This document shows, piece after piece, positions 1 to 7,495 of a DNA stretch of 28,765 nucleotides. Positions within the stretch are counted from its first letter, which is position 1. Each line of letters starts with the position of its first letter. This stretch comes from an uncultured Nitrososphaerota archaeon (GTDB lineage: Archaea; Korarchaeota; Korarchaeia; Korarchaeales; Korarchaeaceae). Below the pieces are notes generated by a model. That model was not told the DNA's origin. It did no database searches and saw only the letters and a list, made by a program, of their open reading frames with translations. A program made the translations under genes and the position numbers. The DNA lies in the NCBI GenBank assembly GCA_964480775.1, contig CAYZRF010000020.1, positions 1 through 28,765 on the forward strand. Direction: 5' to 3'.

Positions 1-78
1 CGCGCATTGGAACAGATTGTAAGGGCCTACGACCCATGCATATCCTGTTCAGTGCACCTGATGAGGATAAAATCGTAA
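1..78 (+). CDS. [NiFe]-hydrogenase large subunit, C-terminal end (5' part lies outside the window)
   Basis: Frame 1 reads RALEQIVRAYDPCISCSVHLMRIKS then TAA at 76-78. DPCxxCxxH is the C-terminal Ni-binding motif of [NiFe] hydrogenase large subunits. The 6 residues after the His resemble the extension removed by the maturation endopeptidase. It is absent from the ORF track because it has no start in the window. Confidence 0.8.
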   Translation, partial: RALEQIVRAYDPCISCSVHLMRIKS

Positions 79-112
79 ATCTCTCTTTATGTTTGAACAG
101 GGCGCACCGAGA

Positions 113-180
113 TCAGAGAAGTTGCCTAACATGAAATGGATCTGAAAATTAATCTTTCTCTGAGCATCAGATAGTTTTTT
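113..180 (+). terminator. Hairpin plus T6 tract between the convergent hydrogenase and pncA genes
   Basis: TCAGAGAA (113-120) pairs perfectly with TTCTCTGA (156-163) around a 35-nt loop, and TTTTTT follows at 175-180. Archaeal termination typically uses oligo-T tracts. Confidence 0.3.
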
Positions 181-184
181 GCGA

Positions 185-778
185 TTAGCTTATATTTTTT
201 CTAAAAAAAGCCAGTTCTGAGCTACTGGTCATAACGGCTCCTTTTTTAAGCATCTCTTCTTTAGCTTTGTCCTCTCCTCTCACATCAATTCCTTTTATGG
301 CATCCTCAAGTACAAAGGTTTGAAATCCTCTTTTGAGGGCATCCATAACGGTTTCTTTAACGCAGTACTCTGTAGCAACACCGCAGACGAACAACCTCTT
401 GATCCTAAGTTTATTAAGTGTATTTTCAAGCTCGGTTCCCTGAAAAGCTGAGTAGGCCTCCTTTTCTGCAGAAGTTCCTTTGGAAACTATTATTGCCTTT
501 TCTGGCACCTCAAGAGAAGGATGAAATTCAGCCCCTGCGGTCCCCTGTATGCAGTGAGGAGGCCAAGGTCCCCTTGGTTTGAAAGAAATGTGGTCCTTGG
601 GGTGCCAGTCCCTAGTTGCTATTATAGGCATTTCTCTTTCCTTGAAACTTCCTATCAACCGATTTATGGCAGGAATTATGCTCTCTCCAGAGGGGACCGG
701 AAGAGCACCTCCTGGCATGAAATCCCTTTGGACGTCAACAATTATTAGGGCCGAATCTTTCGTGACGCCAACCCTCAA
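185..778 (-). CDS. pncA: Nicotinamidase/pyrazinamidase (isochorismatase family)
   Basis: The 197-aa product has IIVDVQRDFMPGGALPV, ATRDWHP..HISF, PPHC, SKG and VCGVATEYCV. These give the Asp-Lys-Cys triad and metal-site histidines typical of PncA, and it closely resembles the Pyrococcus PncA sequence as I recall it. The start is TTG, with GGTGAG 5 nt upstream on the minus strand (779-789). Confidence 0.9.
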   Translation of the reverse strand: MRVGVTKDSALIIVDVQRDFMPGGALPVPSGESIIPAINRLIGSFKEREMPIIATRDWHPKDHISFKPRGPWPPHCIQGTAGAEFHPSLEVPEKAIIVSKGTSAEKEAYSAFQGTELENTLNKLRIKRLFVCGVATEYCVKETVMDALKRGFQTFVLEDAIKGIDVRGEDKAKEEMLKKGAVMTSSSELAFFRKNIS

Positions 779-1293
779 AAGGTCTCACCAACAATTTAGG
801 ATTCAAAGAGTTAAAAATTTTGCAAGAATTTTAGAATTTGAATATCTTGCCAGTAAGCAATGGCTCGACGAAGGGACATTTCTAGGACAACCATAGAATT
901 CGTCTTTATTAGCTGGATCTCCTTGCCCTGATGATCTTGGACCATCTCAATGTCTCATCCCATTGGGAAGGATGATGATTCTCTCCAGGAAGGGGCTGGG
1001 GAGGTCTTGGAGAAGCTCGCTGAGGACTTACTCCGGATCTTGATGGAGGCAACGCCCTCGGTGTATCCAGGAGGAATTCCCCTATAACGAAGCTTGGATC
1101 ACGTCATAAGAGCCCCTTAGGCGACTTTAGCTTTTTCTTTCTTTTTACCTCCTTTGAAAGGAAAAATAGCCAGAGGTTTAACAATTTGATCGAAGATCGA
1201 ATTAACTCAAGTGTCACATCGACTCTTTTTTTAGTTTCATTGTGCTAGTATCACAGAAAAACTCCGGTGATCGATTTGGCTGTTGGAGGATAC

Positions 1294-3144
1294 ATGGGCA
1301 AATTCGTTAGGGTGAACTTGTCCGAGCAGAAGATCCGCATCGAAAACTTATTCGATTATCTTCCCGAAGACGTCCTCAAAACATGGATAGGAGGGAGAGG
1401 GCTAGGAGTTTATCTTATGTTAAAGGAAGTCGATCCCCGGGTGGATCCTCTTAGTCCTGAGAACAAAGCATTCGTAATGACCGGCCCTGTAACAGGTTCA
1501 GGAGCATCAATAGAGGCCGGAAGATGGTGTAGCGTCACAAAATCACCTTTAACAAATACCGTTCACGATTCTCATTCTGGTGGTAAGTTCGGCCCTCACA
1601 TGAAGTTCGCCGGTTTCGACTTCGTCGTACTTGAGGGTGCTTCAGATGAACCCGTGTACCTGTTGCTTGAGGATGGAAAGGCAGAGCTGAAGGATGCGAA
1701 GGACATCTGGGGGAAGGATACTCATGCAACAACCAGGATATTGAAGGAAAGACATGGGGAAGAGGCAATAGTTGCTTGCATAGGACCTGCCGGTGAAAAC
1801 CTCTCTAGGATCGCCTGCATAATAAACGACGAAGGTAGGGCAGCTGGAAGAGGAGGACACGGGGCTGTTTGGGGATCGAAGAAGTTTAAGGCCATTGTAG
1901 CTAAGGGCAAGATGAAGGTCCCGATAGCAAAGGAAGATGCATTCAAGCAAGTGATAAGGGATGCGATCGAGAAAACGAAGGCTAGCGGAGTCACAAATGA
2001 GGGTTTACCTACTTATGGAACGGCAGTTCTTGTCAACATAATAAATGAAGCTGGAGTCTTTCCGACCAACAACTTCCAGTTTGGACAGTTCGATAAGGCT
2101 GAGAACATAAGCGGGGAGACCATGGCTGAAAAGGTACTGGTGAGAAAGGTTCCATGTTGGGGATGCATGATAGCGTGCGGAAGATACACAAAGATAAAAG
2201 AGCCACCCTTTCAAGGAGAGGGAGATGGACCAGAGTACGAGACCGTTTGGGCTTTAGGAGCTGACGTAGGTGTAGGAGATCTAGGAGCTGTGTGTAAGGC
2301 GAATTATCTGTGTAACGAGCTTGGCTTTGACACGATAAGTGCTGGAAATGCCATTGCTGTTGCTATGGAGCTGTATGAGAGAGGATACATTCCAAAGGAG
2401 AAGTTGGAGGGTATAGAACTAAAATTCGGCAATTCAGGAGCCGTCGTTGAGATGATTTGGAGGATGGCCTACAGAAGTGGCATAGGAGATGATCTAGCGG
2501 AAGGAGGCTACAGGCTTGCAAAGAAGTACGGACATCCAGAGCTAGCTCCTCAGGTCAGAGGGCAATGTCTCCCTGCCTATGATCCAAGAGGAGTCCAGGC
2601 TCATGCCTTAGGTTATGCAACAAGCAACAGGGGAGGGTGCCATCTCAGGGGTTACTTGATAGCCCCAGAGATACTAGGTGTTCCTGAGAAGCTTGATCCA
2701 TACACAACAAAAGGAAAGGCTAAGTGGACGAAGGACTTCCAAGATGCCTTTGCTGCTCTAGACAGCATGATCGTCTGCAAGTTCGTGACATTTGCCTATT
2801 GGGTTGATGAACTTGCCTCCCAGCTCTCAGCAATAACTGGCTGGGATATAGATGGAAAAAGTCTCATGGAAATAGGAGAAAGAATCTGGAACGCAGAAAG
2901 GGTATTCAATATCCTTAGCTTTGGAGATGGTGAGGCATACGATACCCTGCCAGAGAGATTCACGAAGACCCCCATGCCTTCAGGACCAAGCAAAGGGCAT
3001 GTAGCAAAGATATCGGAGATGTTGCCTGAGTATTATGAGCTAAGAGGGTGGAAGAAGGGACGGCCCACTAGATCTACTCTAGAGAAATTAGGACTTAAAG
3101 AACTTGCAGATAGACTCGATGAAGCGGGTCTTCTGCCAGGCTAA
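1294..3144 (+). CDS. aor: Tungsten-containing aldehyde:ferredoxin oxidoreductase family enzyme
   Basis: The product is AOR-like throughout: GKFVRVNLS, GGRGLG, DPLSPENK, GRAAGRGG.GAVWGSK, YGTAVLVNIINE, the CxxCxxxC cluster motif (CWGCMIAC), GPEYE, LPAYDPRG, NRGGCH and DTLPERF. The track ORF starts at GTG 1267, but ATG 1294 is preceded by GGAGG (1285-1289) and matches the family N-terminus. A radical-SAM partner lies downstream, as at the Pyrococcus aor locus. Confidence 0.92.
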   Translation: MGKFVRVNLSEQKIRIENLFDYLPEDVLKTWIGGRGLGVYLMLKEVDPRVDPLSPENKAFVMTGPVTGSGASIEAGRWCSVTKSPLTNTVHDSHSGGKFGPHMKFAGFDFVVLEGASDEPVYLLLEDGKAELKDAKDIWGKDTHATTRILKERHGEEAIVACIGPAGENLSRIACIINDEGRAAGRGGHGAVWGSKKFKAIVAKGKMKVPIAKEDAFKQVIRDAIEKTKASGVTNEGLPTYGTAVLVNIINEAGVFPTNNFQFGQFDKAENISGETMAEKVLVRKVPCWGCMIACGRYTKIKEPPFQGEGDGPEYETVWALGADVGVGDLGAVCKANYLCNELGFDTISAGNAIAVAMELYERGYIPKEKLEGIELKFGNSGAVVEMIWRMAYRSGIGDDLAEGGYRLAKKYGHPELAPQVRGQCLPAYDPRGVQAHALGYATSNRGGCHLRGYLIAPEILGVPEKLDPYTTKGKAKWTKDFQDAFAALDSMIVCKFVTFAYWVDELASQLSAITGWDIDGKSLMEIGERIWNAERVFNILSFGDGEAYDTLPERFTKTPMPSGPSKGHVAKISEMLPEYYELRGWKKGRPTRSTLEKLGLKELADRLDEAGLLPG

Positions 3145-3150
3145 CTCATC

Positions 3151-3168
3151 CTCTCTTTTTCTTTTTTA
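3151..3168 (+). terminator. Oligo-T terminator after aor
   Basis: The sequence is CTCTCTTTTTCTTTTTT, with T5 at 3156-3160 and T6 at 3162-3167. It begins 7 nt after the aor stop (3142-3144). Confidence 0.4.
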
Positions 3169-3329
3169 TAAATCTGAGGGCCTCTGAACTAATGATGTGA
3201 TCTTCTCATCTGACAAGTTTTCTTAAGAGAAATAGGCTTCTAGGGAAAAAGAGAAAGTATAATAAAGGCCTATTTTGCTTGTAAAGCTGAACTTGAAATC
3301 ATTTTAATCAAGTTATAACAATATCCAAG

Positions 3330-4454
3330 ATGCTTTCTATAAGGATGGGTAGAGGTGAATACATCCCTCCCAATACATACCCTAGAGAAGTACATGTCGA
3401 AGTAACCTCTGAATGTAACCTAAACTGCGAGTTCTGCTACAGGAGGAGTTGGGATGAGACACCAAGGGATATGGACTTGGAGCTCTACTCTGAGATTATC
3501 GATCAGCTTGAAAGCATTGGAACTGAGTTTGTTTGGTTAAGTGGGTGGGGAGAGCCTACATACCACAAGAATTTTCCTGAATTGCTTGAAATAGCGTCTG
3601 GAAGGTTCAGGTTAGGAATACTCACAAACGGAGTCCTACTGGGACAATATGCTGAGGATATAGTTTCTCACAAAGTCGAGAAGGTTGTAGTAAGCGTTGA
3701 CAGTCTGGATCCAGAGAAATATGGACATATAAGGGTTGGATCTGAGCTTGAAAGCCTATTTGAATCGATCAAGGAGTTAAAGGAGGAGAAAAAGAGGCAA
3801 AAGAGAAAGTATCCCTCGATTTGGTTCATAAAAGTGCTAATGAAGTCAAATTTAAAAGATCTTCCGGAAGAAGTAAAAAGAGCCTCTGAAATCGGAGCTG
3901 TTGGGCTCATCTTGTCAAATCTGATTCCAACTCAAGAGCACTTATCTGATCAGGTGCTTTACGGAAGGAACCCTGATCCAAAGACGAAGAAAGTGCTTCA
4001 TATTGCCAGAGGGAAGGCCATTCTTAGCAGAATAAAGCTGGTGGAGCCTGAATTTGAGTATAGGACTGATAGATTTTGTCCCTTTGTTGGAAGGGATCAA
4101 TTAGCCATTAACAGGAGCGGAGATGTCTCTCCGTGCTTATTCGCCTTACACAATTACGTAGCTTGGATCGATGGTAGAAGGAAGAAGATTAACCAGATAA
4201 AATTTGGAAACGTAATGAAAAGGCCTCTCATCGATATCTGGTGGGACAAAAAGTACGCGGAGTTTAGGGCACATGTAGAACTCCTTCAGTTTCCCTCTTG
4301 TAATGACTGCCCGTACGAGGAGTTCTGCGATATGGCTTCGTCAAACGAACTAGATTGCTGGGGAAACTCTCCCAGCTGTGCAGCTTGTCCGTACTACCGG
4401 AGGATTGTGCTGTGTCCTAGGACTGAGCTGATGGAAAGGCTGTTGTCGCATTGA
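3330..4454 (+). CDS. cmoA: Radical SAM/SPASM-domain protein (AOR cofactor-modifying protein-like)
   Basis: The 374-aa product has the CNLNCEFC (CxxxCxxC) radical SAM motif near the N-terminus. It also has a Cys-rich C-terminal region (CPFVG, SPCLF, CNDCPYEEFC, CWGNSPSCAACPYY) typical of a SPASM auxiliary-cluster domain. It sits directly downstream of aor, like the cmo gene described next to P. furiosus aor. Confidence 0.8.
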   Translation: MLSIRMGRGEYIPPNTYPREVHVEVTSECNLNCEFCYRRSWDETPRDMDLELYSEIIDQLESIGTEFVWLSGWGEPTYHKNFPELLEIASGRFRLGILTNGVLLGQYAEDIVSHKVEKVVVSVDSLDPEKYGHIRVGSELESLFESIKELKEEKKRQKRKYPSIWFIKVLMKSNLKDLPEEVKRASEIGAVGLILSNLIPTQEHLSDQVLYGRNPDPKTKKVLHIARGKAILSRIKLVEPEFEYRTDRFCPFVGRDQLAINRSGDVSPCLFALHNYVAWIDGRRKKINQIKFGNVMKRPLIDIWWDKKYAEFRAHVELLQFPSCNDCPYEEFCDMASSNELDCWGNSPSCAACPYYRRIVLCPRTELMERLLSH

Positions 4455-4581
4455 GTGCTCTCTAATTAACCTCTCAAACTGGTTTGGTGCAATATGAATG
4501 TCCAAGTGATGTAAATCAAATAGTTAAAGATTTTTTCAGCCATGATTTAATTATTTACGGTTTTTAGTAACTGGGTTTGGT

Positions 4582-5103
4582 ATGAGCCTATCAGGTAAGA
4601 AGATAGCTATGATGGCTGGACCAGAATTTGAAGACTTAGAGCTATTCTACCCCCTTTTGAGGTTAAAAGAGGAAGGAGCCGACGTCAAGGTTATAGCCCC
4701 GACCATGGACGGTTATTGCGGTAAACACGGCCTTGCCATAAGGCCGGACCTTACTTTCAAGGAGGCTAGACCAGAGGAATTTGACGCCCTTGTGATTCCG
4801 GGGGGATGGGCTCCTGACAGGTTGAGGCGCATCCCAGAGGTCCTAGAGTTTACGAGAAGGATGTTTGAGATGGGGAAGATTGTGGCTAGCATATGCCATG
4901 GACCACAGGTCCTAATATCTGCTGGGGTCTTGAAGGGTAAGAAGATAACCTGTTTTTCTGCAGTAAAGGATGACGTGATCAATGCTGGAGCAACCTTTGT
5001 AGACGCACCAGTCGTAAGAGATGGAAACCTCATATCTTCAAGGATACCTGCAGATTTATCTGATTTCTGTCGAGAAATAATCAAGGCTTTAAGAGGTAGT
5101 TAG
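4582..5103 (+). CDS. pfpI: PfpI/DJ-1 family intracellular protease/deglycase
   Basis: The 173-aa product has EFEDLELFYP, EEFDALVIPGG.AP, ASICHGPQVLISAGVL (nucleophile elbow Cys-His) and SSRIPADL. It is collinear with P. furiosus PfpI as I recall it. Confidence 0.9.
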   Translation: MSLSGKKIAMMAGPEFEDLELFYPLLRLKEEGADVKVIAPTMDGYCGKHGLAIRPDLTFKEARPEEFDALVIPGGWAPDRLRRIPEVLEFTRRMFEMGKIVASICHGPQVLISAGVLKGKKITCFSAVKDDVINAGATFVDAPVVRDGNLISSRIPADLSDFCREIIKALRGS

Positions 5104-5114
5104 GAGGTGAGAAG

Positions 5115-5408
5115 ATGGCGTTTTTTGAAATGAGAAGGAAGGCAAGAGGTTTTGTTTTGGTCGATGTGGAACCAGGAAAGGAGAGGGAGATAGCTGAAAA
5201 GCTCATAGGATATGATGAGGTAAAGGAAGTTCACGTGACTCCAGGGGAACATGATCTGATGGTTGTCTTGGAGGTAGAGAGGGAAATAATAGCTCACCCA
5301 TCGGAGAAAATGGGCAGATTCGTAACCGATGTTATAAGCAAGATAGAGGGCATTCAGAATACCATAACAATTATACCCTCAATTTCTCTGGCAAAAAGCC
5401 AGGAATAA
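5115..5408 (+). CDS. Lrp/AsnC-family ligand-binding (RAM) domain-only protein
   Basis: The 97-aa product reads GFVLVDVEPGKEREIAEKL...VKEVHVTPGEHDLMVVLEVE...FVTDVISKIEGIQNT, which is the beta-alpha-beta-beta-alpha-beta RAM pattern, and it has no helix-turn-helix domain. A strong GGAGGTGA (5103-5110) overlaps the pfpI stop and lies 4 nt before the ATG. Confidence 0.8.
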   Translation: MAFFEMRRKARGFVLVDVEPGKEREIAEKLIGYDEVKEVHVTPGEHDLMVVLEVEREIIAHPSEKMGRFVTDVISKIEGIQNTITIIPSISLAKSQE

Positions 5409-5629
5409 GACCGTTGGGCATTAATGGATGTGAGACTAATCGAGGTTACTTAGTGGGCTTCATTTTTCAAGAAGGAACCCTTAATCTGTAAGATATATTC
5501 ACTAAAGAAGCGGTTTCATGGGCATACACTAATTTTTTATGGCAGATCTAAACCAGAGATTTCAACAGGTGATCTAAAATAGGGTTTCTCAAGAAATTTG
5601 GCAGTAAAAGATGGAGCCCAGCCTTCAAC

Positions 5630-6241
5630 ATGATGCTCGATCATGTAAATATGACGTTAGGAGTGATAAAAGATCTAAGAGAAGCTATTTTGCTGAAGGT
5701 TCAGGGAAACAAGGAAGGTAGTTTAAGAAAGATTAGACAGATAGATGCAAAGGAACACGAAGCGGACGAGCTGAGAAGGAAAATAATGGTTAAGCTAACA
5801 GAAGGAGTGCTTCCTCCAATTAGTAGGCAGGATCTCGTTCATCTGACTAGGAGACTGGATTACATTACGGATTACGCCCATGAAGCCGCAAGATACTTGA
5901 TGTACGTTGATCTAACCCAATTCCCAAGCGACATAAATGACGGGCTAGTTAAGCTAGCTGATGAAACACTTAGATGTGCCGAGGCCACCAAAGATGCTGT
6001 GAAAGCCCTAGAAACTGATTTCGGACTCTGTTTAGAACTTTGTGATGAGGTTGAGAGGATAGAAGTCGTTTGTGACAACCTCTTTTTGGATCTGATTGGA
6101 AAGCTGCCGGATATAAGTGACATTTTACCAGGTCTGATTCTGCTCTTTCATGATCTAATAATTTCGATGGAAAACATATCTGATGCCTGTGAAAACACCG
6201 TCGATGTGATGAAAGCGGTCGTAATCAGGGCATCTGGCTAG
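5630..6241 (+). CDS. DUF47 / PhoU-like phosphate-transport regulator family protein (start uncertain, possibly 5579)
   Basis: The 203-aa all-helical product has the DUF47 pattern (EHEADELRRKI, RQDL..L..LD.I.D.A..AA, and a C-terminal repeat ending ISD). It lies next to a PiT transporter, which is the usual genomic partner. See the finding on an upstream in-frame extension. Confidence 0.75.
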   Translation: MMLDHVNMTLGVIKDLREAILLKVQGNKEGSLRKIRQIDAKEHEADELRRKIMVKLTEGVLPPISRQDLVHLTRRLDYITDYAHEAARYLMYVDLTQFPSDINDGLVKLADETLRCAEATKDAVKALETDFGLCLELCDEVERIEVVCDNLFLDLIGKLPDISDILPGLILLFHDLIISMENISDACENTVDVMKAVVIRASG

Positions 6242-6243
6242 AT

Positions 6244-7203
6244 TTATCTGATTAAGATCTTTCCCACCGAAAAACTGATTAGAGCTGCTGTTGGAAAAGT
6301 GGCTACCCAAGAGAAGATAATGCTCCAGAGTTCCCTTAAATTAAGGCTTGCTCTCTTGGCAAGGGCCATTCCAGCTATCGAAGCTACTAGAACATGAGTT
6401 CCAGATATAGGAAGACCAAGCCAAGTTCCCACGAACATTATGGCTGCAGTAGAAATCTGGGCAACAAGGGCCATTCCAGGAGACATCCTTATGATCTGAA
6501 GGCCAACGGATTCTATGACCTTTCTTCCGAAAGTGTATAGGCCAACAGCCATTCCAGCTCCACAGATTACTCTGATAAGAAGAGGCTTGCCTAAAACTAC
6601 GGATAAAAATGCCGTCGCATTTCCTATGTCGTTTGCTCCTCTGGAAAAAGCTGTAATCGAGGCTCCAAGTGTCAAAATTAGAGCGGAAGAGAACTCCATC
6701 CTGTCCCTATCCCTAAGCCCCCTTGCTCTTGAGATGACAAATCTCGAGAATGCCAAGTAAAGGAAGAAGGAGGTCACTAACCCAAGAGCTGGTGACAAAA
6801 CCCACCCGACCGCAACCATAGCAACTCCTCCCCAATTTACACCCTTTGAACCGCTCAATGCGAAACCAATGCCGAGAGCAGCACCCACGGCAGAGTGTGT
6901 CGTCGAAACGGGCCATCCTCTATACGAAGCCAGCGTAAGCCATGTTGCAACCGAAAGTATTATGATGAAAGCTTCAGTAATACCAATTTTGAAGGTAAGA
7001 ATCCCCTCTCCTAAGGTTTTCTCAACCCTTCCTCCTAGGAAAATGGCCCCTAGAAAGTCCAACAAGGCTCCGAGAGCTACGGCCTTTGAAGGAGTCAAAA
7101 ATCCGCTTCCGGCTACTGCGGCCATGGTCTCATCGTTTGCGCCGATACTCCAGGCTATGTAGATAGCAGACCCAAGTGCAAGTAATAAAATGGCAGGTCC
7201 CAA
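6244..7203 (-). CDS. Inorganic phosphate transporter, PiT (PHO4) family
   Basis: The 319-aa polytopic membrane protein carries the duplicated GANDxxxA signature (GANDETMAAV near the N-terminus, GANDIGNATA in the second half). The start is TTG, with GGTGA 4 nt upstream on the minus strand. Confidence 0.88.
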   Translation of the reverse strand: MGPAILLLALGSAIYIAWSIGANDETMAAVAGSGFLTPSKAVALGALLDFLGAIFLGGRVEKTLGEGILTFKIGITEAFIIILSVATWLTLASYRGWPVSTTHSAVGAALGIGFALSGSKGVNWGGVAMVAVGWVLSPALGLVTSFFLYLAFSRFVISRARGLRDRDRMEFSSALILTLGASITAFSRGANDIGNATAFLSVVLGKPLLIRVICGAGMAVGLYTFGRKVIESVGLQIIRMSPGMALVAQISTAAIMFVGTWLGLPISGTHVLVASIAGMALAKRASLNLRELWSIIFSWVATFPTAALISFSVGKILIR

Positions 7204-7372
7204 AATTTCACCACTCCAAAATCCTTATCCTCTATCCCTGGTGGTTCTTACTAATATTTTTCGCGCGACGATGCGTAAGAAACGGAAAAATTTTTGAGAG
7301 CTTAAGGATAGCATAGTATTAAGAAGGAACGGCGCGCTAAATTTATGGATACCCATAAAATAGGGGCTGAAA

Positions 7373-7477
7373 ATGAGCTGGATTGAAGGTTTGGACTATC
7401 TTCTAATTTTACTGTTAATTCTGCTGGTCTTCAAGTTAATCCAGCGTGCTAGGAGGAGTAAGAAAAGTTTAGAGTGA
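7373..7477 (+). CDS. Hypothetical 34-aa single-pass membrane peptide (below the ORF-track cutoff)
   Basis: The ORF runs from ATG 7373 to TGA 7475-7477 and encodes MSWIEGLDYLLILLLILLVFKLIQRARRSKKSLE. That is one hydrophobic helix followed by a basic tail, consistent with the positive-inside rule. A TATA-like AAATTTAT sits at 7339-7346, about 30 nt upstream of the ATG, consistent with a near-leaderless transcript. There is no homology evidence. Confidence 0.3.
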   Translation: MSWIEGLDYLLILLLILLVFKLIQRARRSKKSLE

Positions 7478-7495
7478 ACGCGCACCTACTTCCCC

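Noticed and set aside
929-1023. UGAUGA-like boxes (929-934 and about 973-978) and a CUGA (about 1019-1022) suggest a C/D box sRNA. A similar AUGAUGU...CUGA pair lies at 3192-3213.
   Set aside because: Box spacings are about 40 nt instead of the roughly 12-nt guides of archaeal C/D sRNAs, and the 3192 element lacks a second C'/D set.
1249-1272. TATCAC ... GTGATC half-sites upstream of aor resemble the Thermococcales glycolytic motif (TATCAC-N5-GTGATA).
   Set aside because: The spacer is 12 nt, not 5, the second half-site is imperfect, and it overlaps the alternative GTG start. This is probably coincidence.
4713-5084. This is one of many ORFs of 60-150 aa in the track that lie antisense to or out of frame with strong genes. 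Others are 521-896, 1535-2214, 8208-9329, 20375-20830, 23003-24337, 25625-26056, 26436-26716 and 27185-28228.
   Set aside because: All lie entirely inside well-supported genes, lack start contexts, and have skewed low-complexity compositions typical of shadow frames.
7256-7345. GC-rich hexamers (CGCGCG at about 7262-7267, GCGCGC at about 7334-7339) lie in an otherwise AT-rich spacer and might form a long-range stem.
   Set aside because: Only about 5 bp are complementary, across a loop of about 60 nt. This is more likely BRE-adjacent sequence for the divergent PiT and small-ORF promoters.
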